Virus record (IMG/VR): IMGVR_UViG_3300045988_036394
Strand: one strand, 5' to 3'
Source of the DNA: a virus
Length of the DNA stretch: 18,834 bases
The notes beneath the pieces were generated by a model that saw only the letters and a program-made list of their open reading frames with translations, did no database searches and had not been told where the DNA came from. The translations under genes were made by a program, and so were the position numbers. The first letter of the stretch is position 1. Every line of letters begins with the position of its first letter. Shown here one piece after another: positions 5,923 through 13,287 of the stretch.

Positions 5923-6276
5923 TTAATCTCCGGACGGTGTGGTGGATACGAACGGCAGACCTTCCGCTGTGACTTTGGTGTCGTTGAGGTTTTTGACGGT
6001 GTACTGTCCACCACTGGATGCGGGAATGCGGTTTAGGAAGTGATTGAGGGCGGCGCCGAGCGCTGCGGCGTTCGCTGCGCTCAAGCCGAGAGCGGTGGTG
6101 AACGCGTTCAGACCTTCCGGCAGCGATTCTGGTGTTGGAATGGCGTCAATCCTGTCCGACTGAGTTTTCAACGTCGCATCGAGGATGTCCATGCTGCGGT
6201 TGTACTCGCCTTGGAGGTTCGGCGCGTCCGTCGCGTCATACTTCTCAAGATTGTAGTTCAGTGTTTTCTGTGTCAT
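5923..6276 (-). CDS. 117-aa fibre/appendage-associated protein with the shared N-terminal module
   Basis: LNYNLEKYDATDAPNLQGEYNRSMDILDATLKTQSDRI is followed by an A/L-rich segment and a short C-terminal region. It lies in the structural operon. Confidence 0.65.
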   Translation of the reverse strand: MTQKTLNYNLEKYDATDAPNLQGEYNRSMDILDATLKTQSDRIDAIPTPESLPEGLNAFTTALGLSAANAAALGAALNHFLNRIPASSGGQYTVKNLNDTKVTAEGLPFVSTTPSGD

Positions 6277-6285
6277 TATTGTTCC

Positions 6286-6885
6286 TTACTGTGCGATTTT
6301 CATGAAATTGTTGACCACGACGCCATTGGCGAGATTTTCAACCGTTAGCGGATTGACTGGTTCGCCGTCATCCACGTGTACGTCGCGTGGCGTGATACGC
6401 GGTTCGTCATTATGAAAAATGGTCTTGTTGCCGAGCACCGCGAACTCAAGGCACGTGTGCGCGGCCGCCATTGGCACGGAAAGTTGGGCCATCTGGTTGA
6501 CACGTGCGCCGAAAACGGCAAGCTCACGGTATATGTCGCGGTTAGTGTTTTTCGAGTCCTCATACTCGCCTCGTGTCGGATTGTAAGTTAAGTCTGAGTC
6601 CTCGTACTGTCCGACTTGCTTTTCCAAGTCATCCAAGGTTTTATTAATGCGCTCGAATTGCTCATTAAAACCGGCTACAAGCTGTTTGATGGCTTCGATG
6701 TCCGCGTTCTCGTCTTTTGCGAGATTGTCGAGCTGTTCGCGCAACTCATCCACATGTTCGGCCACCTCCTGCACGTAACCGAGCACAGTCAATGTATCAC
6801 GGTACGAGAACGGCTGAACCGTCGTAAAATAGCGCTGTCGCGGGTCGATGTCGAGCGGTGCGGCGCATAGGTTTATTCCGTTCAT
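6286..6885 (-). CDS. Hypothetical structural protein (coiled-coil; neck/appendage region)
   Basis: A 199-aa ORF with SD GGAGGA. The central segment is heptad-like and acidic (DELREQLDNLAKDENADIEAIKQLVAGFNEQFERINKTLDDLEKQ). It lies between the lower collar and the fibre genes. I recognise no family. Confidence 0.55.
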   Translation of the reverse strand: MNGINLCAAPLDIDPRQRYFTTVQPFSYRDTLTVLGYVQEVAEHVDELREQLDNLAKDENADIEAIKQLVAGFNEQFERINKTLDDLEKQVGQYEDSDLTYNPTRGEYEDSKNTNRDIYRELAVFGARVNQMAQLSVPMAAAHTCLEFAVLGNKTIFHNDEPRITPRDVHVDDGEPVNPLTVENLANGVVVNNFMKIAQ

Positions 6886-6916
6886 AATCCTCCAATCTGT
6901 CTATGTCAAGTATACT

Positions 6917-7729
6917 CTAGTGACCGAGATTGTAGGCGAGACTCGTGCTATAAAGCTGCGGGACGTTGATCATGTTGTCGCCACTGCCCCACATACCTAA
7001 AAATAGGGTCTCAAGCGAGTTAATGACCATTATGTCGATGTTTAGCATGGTGTTACGCCAATCCTGCAAGAGCTGTGATTGCGAACCGCTGGTACCGAGC
7101 GTGTGCGACATGCTGTTGCCTTTATCAGAGGAATGCGAAAAATCGGTGTTGCTGGTACTGGACGCGGTGGCGGTACTGTCCTGCTGTGTGCTCGTATGCG
7201 TGTTGCCCGTCGAGTCCGTTTGGCTTGCGGTTGTGGCGTACTTGCGGAAGTCATCGATGCGAGTTTGCGGAAACTCCGAATTAAACGTCATGCTGGAATT
7301 GTCGGCGGTGGTGTCGGACGTGCTGTTGGCGCTGGACTCGTTCGACTGTGTGCCGCTTGATTTTCCGCTGGACTCATTCGTGCTGGTCGAGTCCATTTCA
7401 TGCCGGACATCGGACGTGATAAACGGGTCGAACTTGCGCTGTGCCGACAAATAGAGCTGGTTGAAATAGTCCATCTGCTCTCGCATGGTACGGCCTAGAT
7501 AAAACACGAACATTTGCGGCGTTTCGCTGCCGATTTCGCGCAATGCGTAGTGTGCCACGATTTTTTCGTTGAGCTTTGCGCGGTATGATTCATCAAAAAT
7601 CGGATAATATTGCGAGCTTAAATGCAGTTTTTCGTCCGTATTAAAACCGCGCGCAATCAGATTACCAAGGGTCAACGTATAATCCGCCATACTGTCCTTG
7701 ACAGCGTATATGCTCAAGTCCTGTACCAT
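6917..7729 (-). CDS. Lower collar protein (phi29 gp11-like)
   Basis: The N-terminal block YPIFDESYRAKLNEKIVAHYALREIGSETPQMFVFYLGRTMREQMDYFNQLY is the pattern I associate with picovirus lower collar proteins. A long S/T-rich region follows. The start overlaps the connector stop (TAATG). Confidence 0.7.
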   Translation of the reverse strand: MVQDLSIYAVKDSMADYTLTLGNLIARGFNTDEKLHLSSQYYPIFDESYRAKLNEKIVAHYALREIGSETPQMFVFYLGRTMREQMDYFNQLYLSAQRKFDPFITSDVRHEMDSTSTNESSGKSSGTQSNESSANSTSDTTADNSSMTFNSEFPQTRIDDFRKYATTASQTDSTGNTHTSTQQDSTATASSTSNTDFSHSSDKGNSMSHTLGTSGSQSQLLQDWRNTMLNIDIMVINSLETLFLGMWGSGDNMINVPQLYSTSLAYNLGH

Positions 7730-8670
7730 TAGTTTTCTTCCTCCTTGTTTCCGTCAACGTCCAGCAAACCGCCAGAAGTGGTGTCGTTCCATTCGATGCT
7801 TATTGGTTTGCCTAAGTCTGCCATTTGCGGCCACAGTCGGTTAATCGTGTCGCACGCCTGTTGACGCGCCTTAAGATAGCTTAGACGGAAAACGTTGGTG
7901 CGGCTGTTTCCCGCAGTGACTTCCGATTCGAGCAGACGTTCTTTCTTTTCGGTCGTACTGTTGTCGATACCGAGATAGTTTACAAGCTCGTTCCAGATTT
8001 GCGTTTTCGTCGTAATGATTTTGTCCGCCATAAAGGGCGTCATGTTTGGAAAGGTTTGAAACATTCCAGTAATATCCGCGCTGTCATACGCGTAGATATA
8101 GGGGTCTCCGTCTTCTCGTGCCTTAATAAGATTCTGCGCGGTGAGTTTATTGGTTTCGGACGTGGCGATAATCAAAGGCACGCTGATATTGTCGAGGTTC
8201 ACGTCCAGCGCGCGGTCAGCAATCGCCAATCGTGTCGCGTAATTCCACATGACATCAATCATGGTGCAACGCAATTGGTTATCCCAAATAGGCACGCATT
8301 TCTTGCTTCCGATTTGGGGATGCGAGTAGTTCGTGGCAACCGGTTGGAATGATGTCGGATTATTGTAGTTGTTGACTCCGCCGATATTTCCAGAGGTGAC
8401 CATAAAACGGCGGACGCCCTTGCGTTCGTCGGGAAAGAAGAGTGCAAGACCGTTTTCAAACAAGGTCAGTTCCAAATAGCGTTCATCAATATACGGGGGC
8501 AAATTAATCCATCTGAAACGTGACACTGCCAACATTTCAATCAATTTCATGTACTGGTTGATTCGTAGGCTTTGCCGCATTTCAGGCAGATTAAGATTGC
8601 CCCACATGGAGCCGAGCACGCTTTGGTTATCCCAGTGCGCCGCCTTCTTTGCGTTATTACGTTTACCCAT
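7729..8670 (-). CDS. Head-tail connector / portal (phi29 gp10-like upper collar protein)
   Basis: 313 aa against 309 aa in phi29 gp10. By-eye matching blocks are FRWINLPPYIDERYLE (phi29 FEWENLPPTINPSFLE), WNELVNYLGIDNSTTEKKERLLESEV ([26 protein letters not shown]) and RQQACDTINRL (REEACEKINEL). Confidence 0.9.
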   Translation of the reverse strand: MGKRNNAKKAAHWDNQSVLGSMWGNLNLPEMRQSLRINQYMKLIEMLAVSRFRWINLPPYIDERYLELTLFENGLALFFPDERKGVRRFMVTSGNIGGVNNYNNPTSFQPVATNYSHPQIGSKKCVPIWDNQLRCTMIDVMWNYATRLAIADRALDVNLDNISVPLIIATSETNKLTAQNLIKAREDGDPYIYAYDSADITGMFQTFPNMTPFMADKIITTKTQIWNELVNYLGIDNSTTEKKERLLESEVTAGNSRTNVFRLSYLKARQQACDTINRLWPQMADLGKPISIEWNDTTSGGLLDVDGNKEEEN

Positions 8671-8683
8671 AATTCACCGTCCT

Positions 8684-8721
8684 AAAAAATAATGGAGAGA
8701 GCTTAATATGCTCTCTCCATT
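8684..8721 (-). terminator. Intrinsic terminator inside the late operon (after the tail-knob gene)
   Basis: Minus strand reads AATGGAGAGAGC-ATATTAA-GCTCTCTCCATT, a 12-bp stem, followed by ATTTTTT. The SD and ATG of the connector gene come next. Confidence 0.75.
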
Positions 8722-8728
8722 ATATATG

Positions 8729-10957
8729 TCAGTACGCGATACCACTCAGCGGCACGTTGTCCGCATAATCGGTGACGCCAATCTTATTGGGGTCAGTCCA
8801 TACCGTCACGCCCGACTCAAAAATACCCTTGATAGTCAAGCGGTATTCTTCAGGACACGTCGAGCTGCGCACGTACAGTTCGTGCAATTTCCAGTACGTG
8901 AAATTGGACATTGCCATCAAATTTGTCGGAAGTTGCATGAAACGTTGTACATAGTAACCGTATCTTAACCACACTTCACCAATGGAGTGCATGGCGGCCG
9001 GTGGTATCTGCCGAAAGCGTACCATGACACCAACAAGCCCGTTCGCCAGATTGAAAGCGTCGCCACCTAATGCGCCAGACGTGGTAGGGGGTATGGTCTG
9101 AGTCTGTTGCACCTGTGCGTTGATACCGGCGATAGTGTTCTCGTAATCGCCTTGCGCCGTCGCCTGTGCAAGTTGCTTGTTCATATCCGCGAACTGCATG
9201 GTCTGCTGGTTGGACAAATTAGTCTGTGCGAGACTGTAGGCGTTGGCCTGCGAAGTCGATGCGTTGTTGGTGGTCTGCGTGTTCGCAAGCTGCTGATTAG
9301 CTGTGCTCACGTTGTTATCATAGGTCATCTGGTTTGTCCATGCGCCGATTGCGGTGCCTGCGATAGCTCCGGCCACACCGCCGATATTGCCTGTGACAGC
9401 GGAACCAACGGCGTTCGCCACGCCACTGCCGATAGTGTTGAGCTGTGACATTTGATTGTTGAAGCCGAGGTTTTTCAGCGTTAAATCGGTGCCCATTTGC
9501 GCGCTTTGGTTGCTAATGGCGTTCATGGCGTTACGATTGGACGTGCCAAGTCGGTTTTGGGCACTTGCGTACTGCGTGCCTAATTGTGCCTGAGCGTAGG
9601 CGTTGTTGATGCCCATTTGGGTTTTCTGAAAACTCCAATCCGCGCTCTGCTGTGCGTATTGGCGCGTGTACGCGGAATTGGCGAGGGCGAGAGCGCTGCC
9701 GCTGTTAACCGTCATGAAAGTCGGGAAATTGGTGATGCCGAATGATGCGTTGAGCATTTCGCCTGGATCAATCGGCAAACCGGAATTATTTGGCAATGGC
9801 GATTGTTCGCTGGCATCACTTGCGTTATATCCGCGCGGATAAAAATTGAGTCGCGGAGAAGGTGGCGCATAGTCCCACGACTCCCGAATAGTCAGGTCAG
9901 CACTTGGGATCTGCTCAGGGTTGTAAGTGATTACAGTTCCGTTAAGGCAGGAACATTCCAATACCGCGTATGGTGCCGTGCGGAATTTTTGCAGATACTT
10001 GTAGCGTTCTGGAAGTTTGAAATTGTCGCGGAAGTCCTTGATATGAATGATGTCGGCGTAGCGGCTTTTAGCGTCATTATGTCGAACCTCCAAGCGGTAG
10101 CAGTCGCCGCGCCAATCAATCATGTGATTAAAAAACGCTCCCGGCTTCTTCTGATTTTTCAACAACGCTTCCGGAAGCTGAGGAATGGCGTATATGCCGC
10201 AAATACCCTGCGTCACCCACGGATATTCAGCGCCCGCGCCCATGACGGCGAGGAAGTCCAAGGAGTCCGAGAAATAGTATAGGGCGGTGCCGTTTGTATG
10301 GTTTTCAAAAACGCTGCCGTCCGCGCACGTGGTTTTCGGTGCGGTTGCCGTGCCTGGGTCAGTGTCCAGTTTGGTGGTCGATACCACGATCACGCCGAAG
10401 GTGGTGTACCCGTTAGTTTCGCCAATCAGACTCTTGTATTGCTGCTCAGTGACCACCATTGCTTTACCGGTATCCAATCCTTCTGGCAGGTCGAGATAGG
10501 TGCGGCCATAATCTTTCCAAGCATTTTCGTTCGCCACGCCGACGTGCCCCCTTTCCACATACGCGTTGCCGAGCTGGATGTCGTGCTGGAAACTCTGCCA
10601 CACGTCCAGTTGGATATTGAGTTGCGTGGTGTTGGCGTTGATATAGTCGCACGTCTGGATGAAATAATACCACGAACGGGGGGTATCAAAATCGTAGTCG
10701 TTCGTCGCAACAAGGTAGTTGTATTGCGACGCTTGTGCGAACGGCACCGGCAGCCGTACCGGAAGGCCATATTTCGCCATCGTGCAGTTCGTGAACTCGA
10801 TGCCATCCAAACCGTCGAAATACTCTTTTTGGGCGGTTTCGTCCCATTCGACAATATCCCTGTAACCCATGTCCCAAGGCACATTACAGAGTTTGAATCG
10901 TGTGTTCGGCGTCCATTTCGCGTAACTAAAATTAATTGGCAAATCGCTTGCACTCAT
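8729..10957 (-). CDS. Tail knob / distal tail tube protein (phi29 gp9-like)
   Basis: The N-terminal region aligns by eye with gp9 (SWYYFIQTCDYINANTTQLNIQLDVWQSFQHDIQLGNAYVERGHV against [46 protein letters not shown]). It has a long Q/N/A/S/T-rich region with an embedded G/A/V/I hydrophobic stretch. SD AGGAGG. Confidence 0.85.
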   Translation of the reverse strand: MSASDLPINFSYAKWTPNTRFKLCNVPWDMGYRDIVEWDETAQKEYFDGLDGIEFTNCTMAKYGLPVRLPVPFAQASQYNYLVATNDYDFDTPRSWYYFIQTCDYINANTTQLNIQLDVWQSFQHDIQLGNAYVERGHVGVANENAWKDYGRTYLDLPEGLDTGKAMVVTEQQYKSLIGETNGYTTFGVIVVSTTKLDTDPGTATAPKTTCADGSVFENHTNGTALYYFSDSLDFLAVMGAGAEYPWVTQGICGIYAIPQLPEALLKNQKKPGAFFNHMIDWRGDCYRLEVRHNDAKSRYADIIHIKDFRDNFKLPERYKYLQKFRTAPYAVLECSCLNGTVITYNPEQIPSADLTIRESWDYAPPSPRLNFYPRGYNASDASEQSPLPNNSGLPIDPGEMLNASFGITNFPTFMTVNSGSALALANSAYTRQYAQQSADWSFQKTQMGINNAYAQAQLGTQYASAQNRLGTSNRNAMNAISNQSAQMGTDLTLKNLGFNNQMSQLNTIGSGVANAVGSAVTGNIGGVAGAIAGTAIGAWTNQMTYDNNVSTANQQLANTQTTNNASTSQANAYSLAQTNLSNQQTMQFADMNKQLAQATAQGDYENTIAGINAQVQQTQTIPPTTSGALGGDAFNLANGLVGVMVRFRQIPPAAMHSIGEVWLRYGYYVQRFMQLPTNLMAMSNFTYWKLHELYVRSSTCPEEYRLTIKGIFESGVTVWTDPNKIGVTDYADNVPLSGIAY

Positions 10958-10968
10958 AAAGTCCTCCT

Positions 10969-11009
10969 AAAAATAATAATAGGTGCGAGAATTATCTTCT
11001 CGCACCTAT
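10969..11009 (-). terminator. Intrinsic terminator inside the late operon (after the major capsid gene)
   Basis: Minus strand reads ATAGGTGCGAGAA-GATAA-TTCTCGCACCTAT, a 13-bp stem, followed by TATTATTTTT. The SD AGGAGG and ATG of the tail-knob gene come next. Confidence 0.75.
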
Positions 11010-11030
11010 CCTACCGGCTATTACTTAATG

Positions 11031-12746
11031 TCAGGCGGAAACAGTGACTTCTGCCGTTCCAGCAGCTCCCGCGAACTTCACGGAGACATTGGCAGTGCCC
11101 GCCGCAGTTCCAGTAAGCACACCGTTAGGGGTGATGGTCGCGTGGGCGTCCACAGTCCACAGTGCGAGGTTGGTCACGTCCGCGGTGTTGCCGTCCGTCT
11201 TGGTGGCGATCGCCTTAAGCGCTACATGCTCCTTGACTTTGACCGACTTTTCGCCCTGAATCTCAATGGACTCGATGGCTCCGGCTTTCCAACCGCCCAT
11301 CCATGCGCCAACCACCGGCACGGACAACGCGGCGGAAACCGTCTGATCAATCTCAGGCGTGGCCGGATTGATATAGGTTGCCTGAGCGGTGACCTTAAGC
11401 GTTTCGGCGGTTTCGTCAAGGCCACAACGCAAAATACCGTCGTTGTCGATAGTCGTAAACTGCGAGGTTGCGCCCTCGACGGCATACTTAATACCTGTCG
11501 GCTGGAACGTAGCCGTCTCCTCATTGACGCTGGAAATAGTGGAAACCACCTGCACCAAGTCACCACGCGACACGTTTTCCGGAGTGATGGCGTCCTGTCC
11601 GTACTTCCTCACGCGCAGCTCGAACTTAGGCGTAGAAGTGGTGAGAGTATCCGGCAGAGTCACAGACTTGGCGGAGCCTTCACCTGTCCAAAACAGTATC
11701 GCGTTCGCAAACGGGTTAGGAGTAATACTGCCCCTGTGCTTAAAGAAGATATTTCGCGTTCCGTCAATCGGGTTAACGGGGGAGTTGGTGGTCTCCAACA
11801 TTTCGTCCCAGCAGAAGAAGAAGTCTTCCGTGGTCAGAACCGCCTGCACCTTACCAGCCGCACCACCGATACCAAACATGTCTTCCGGAATCGGGATAAT
11901 CCGGTACGGGACATTGACTTTATCGATATTGAACGCGGCGGCGAGGGCTTCGACGTTGAGTGCAGCAATTACCTGCGGAGTGGCGAAGAGAATGGCTTCC
12001 GAATCACGCCACGGAGTCACCCAAGACATTGCGTTATATCGTGGCATGGCACTCATTGGCGACGCCTTCAATTCGTTCGCCACTTGCTGAATGAGACGAA
12101 GCAGATTCTTGGCGTCGGCTTCGGTGGAGTCAGGTGCGCCGACGTCCTTGGTATGGACTCGGTAGAAACCGCCCTTGCGCGCGTATTCCGCGAAGGTCTG
12201 TGTCTTCATCAAGTACATGTCGTTTCTATCCGAGAGGATAGGCGCGTTCATGATTTCAGCGATATAATCCGACATGCCCGATTCACCGTCGAACGCAGTC
12301 AGGAGCGCGTCCTCCGGAATGGTGACGGGGTAATAGTGGTCAAAAGTCAGGGGGTGGAACACCGAAGCAGTCGGAAGCGAGTAACGCCCGTACACATCAT
12401 CGCCCAAGTACTCTTTGTTGAAATTGCGGGTACGCGCCTTGACGAGACCCACGGCGGCCTGTTCGTAAGTGGAACCGTAGCGCTTGAGAGTGCGCGGCGA
12501 ACCAATGAGTTTCAGCGGGTCATCCCAGTCCGCGTGCTGGACATAAAGGCCAATCAGTCGCTGAATCAATACCCCTGTGAACTCGTCACGCAGATAGGGG
12601 AAATTGCGCATGGTATCCACCGCGTTGCGGATATTGCCCTGCGTTGCGCTCGGGATACGGGTCTGGAACTGCGGTGAAGTGGCGGAACGCACGGCGTTGA
12701 ATATCTCAACGTCACCCTTGCCTGCCAGTGGTCGAATATTAGACAT
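11031..12746 (-). CDS. Major capsid protein (phi29 gp8-like) with C-terminal Ig-like (Big_2-type) domains
   Basis: The N-terminal blocks NAVRSATSPQFQTRIPSATQGN....FTGVLIQRLIG.......DPLK resemble phi29 gp8 [22 protein letters not shown]...FITSLVDRIG....NPLK. The C-terminal 80 aa (IESIEIQGEKSVKVKEHVALKAIATKTDGNTADVT...GTANVSVKFAGAAGTAEVTVSA) is a typical Big_2 repeat. SD AGGAGGTAA. Confidence 0.9.
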   Translation of the reverse strand: MSNIRPLAGKGDVEIFNAVRSATSPQFQTRIPSATQGNIRNAVDTMRNFPYLRDEFTGVLIQRLIGLYVQHADWDDPLKLIGSPRTLKRYGSTYEQAAVGLVKARTRNFNKEYLGDDVYGRYSLPTASVFHPLTFDHYYPVTIPEDALLTAFDGESGMSDYIAEIMNAPILSDRNDMYLMKTQTFAEYARKGGFYRVHTKDVGAPDSTEADAKNLLRLIQQVANELKASPMSAMPRYNAMSWVTPWRDSEAILFATPQVIAALNVEALAAAFNIDKVNVPYRIIPIPEDMFGIGGAAGKVQAVLTTEDFFFCWDEMLETTNSPVNPIDGTRNIFFKHRGSITPNPFANAILFWTGEGSAKSVTLPDTLTTSTPKFELRVRKYGQDAITPENVSRGDLVQVVSTISSVNEETATFQPTGIKYAVEGATSQFTTIDNDGILRCGLDETAETLKVTAQATYINPATPEIDQTVSAALSVPVVGAWMGGWKAGAIESIEIQGEKSVKVKEHVALKAIATKTDGNTADVTNLALWTVDAHATITPNGVLTGTAAGTANVSVKFAGAAGTAEVTVSA

Positions 12747-12766
12747 TATGTTACCTCCTAACTATT

Positions 12767-13048
12767 TTAGTCAAACAAGTCTTCGATGGACTCTTGCGTC
12801 TCGTCGTTGTCGCCGTCGTTGCCGGACGGTGCGGGATCGTTGTAGCCGAGCGTGTCCAGCATGGCTTTCAATGCGGCCAATTCCTTTTCGAGTGCGTCAA
12901 GTCGTGCGGAAACGTCCGGCTCCTGCTTCTGTTCCGGCTCCGGCTCCTCTTTCGGCTTAACCTCGTCATCTACGGTTTGCGTCTGCTGTTCCTCTTCGGT
13001 CGGCGGCGGAGTAGTGATTTCCTCACCTTCACCGTTTGGGTCTGCCAT
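12767..13048 (-). CDS. Scaffolding protein (phi29 gp7-like)
   Basis: A 93-aa very acidic protein with a coiled-coil segment (ARLDALEKELAALKAMLDTL). The C-terminal ETQESIEDLFD resembles the gp7 C-terminus ETITIEDLEAK. It lies immediately upstream of the capsid gene. SD AAGGAG. Confidence 0.7.
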   Translation of the reverse strand: MADPNGEGEEITTPPPTEEEQQTQTVDDEVKPKEEPEPEQKQEPDVSARLDALEKELAALKAMLDTLGYNDPAPSGNDGDNDETQESIEDLFD

Positions 13049-13085
13049 GCAAAACTCCTTACGTTAGTAGAGTATTTCCATCAAA

Positions 13086-13094
13086 ATTATATCA
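13086..13094 (-). promoter_or_regulatory. Candidate late promoter: extended -10 box TGATATAAT without a recognisable -35
   Basis: A consensus TGnTATAAT box lies about 10 nt downstream of the terminator U-tract and about 38 nt upstream of the scaffold ATG. The hexamer at -35 (CATTTT) is poor. Confidence 0.5.
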
Positions 13095-13103
13095 TGCGTC
13101 GGG

Positions 13104-13137
13104 AAAATAAAATGACCCCCGCAATCACGCGGGGGTC
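13104..13137 (-). terminator. Strong rho-independent terminator (end of the early/replication unit or of the ncRNA)
   Basis: Minus strand reads GACCCCCGC-GTGATT-GCGGGGGTC, a 9-bp GC-rich stem, followed by ATTTTATTTT. Confidence 0.85.
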
Positions 13138-13272
13138 TAACTGTCCTATCAGAGCGCGAGTTGAAAATCGTAGGGCACTACCGCCACGGTAGTGACTCCA
13201 TGTTCGGCGGCATTCTCAGCCGTGGCAATCCGACTCATATTACTCCCAGTCGAAAATCGACGCTCACAAGAC
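13104..13272 (-). ncRNA. Candidate structured non-coding RNA of about 165 nt (possible packaging RNA, pRNA)
   Basis: It is bounded by a consensus extended -10 box (13279-13287) and the terminator. The predicted 5' end (13272-13261) can pair with 13156-13143 as 5+5 bp around an internal loop. That helix encloses hairpins at 13249-13261, 13208-13222 and 13176-13194. It sits downstream of the polymerase gene in the same orientation, like the phi29 pRNA. The alternative reading is a 43-aa ORF at 13149-13280. Confidence 0.35.
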
Positions 13273-13278
13273 TCAATC

Positions 13279-13287
13279 ATTATAGCA
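13279..13287 (-). promoter_or_regulatory. Consensus extended -10 box TGCTATAAT overlapping the polymerase stop codon
   Basis: Minus strand reads ...CATGCTATAATGATTGAG. The TAA stop is inside TATAAT. The predicted start is about G13272. No -35 is visible. Confidence 0.45.

Noticed and set aside
6904-6909. A consensus TTGACA on the minus strand between the lower-collar gene and the next gene, as a promoter -35
   Set aside because: The only -10 candidate at 17-nt spacing (TATGAA) overlaps the start codon. A transcript from there would lack the SD of the gene, so this is probably fortuitous.
10983-12677. A 564-aa plus-strand ORF, the longest plus-strand ORF in the window
   Set aside because: It is exactly antisense to the well-supported major capsid gene. 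It is Arg/Gly/Val-rich with no recognisable motif or SD, and it crosses the capsid/tail intergenic terminator. This is a shadow ORF.
13149-13280. A 43-aa ORF (MIESCERRFSTGSNMSRIATAENAAEHGVTTVAVVPYDFQLAL) coupled to the polymerase stop as TAATG
   Set aside because: This is not fully rejected. It has no SD and no recognisable features, and a 43-codon open frame is not rare by chance. The region has dense secondary structure plus its own promoter box and terminator, so I favour an RNA product. Comparative analysis is needed to decide.
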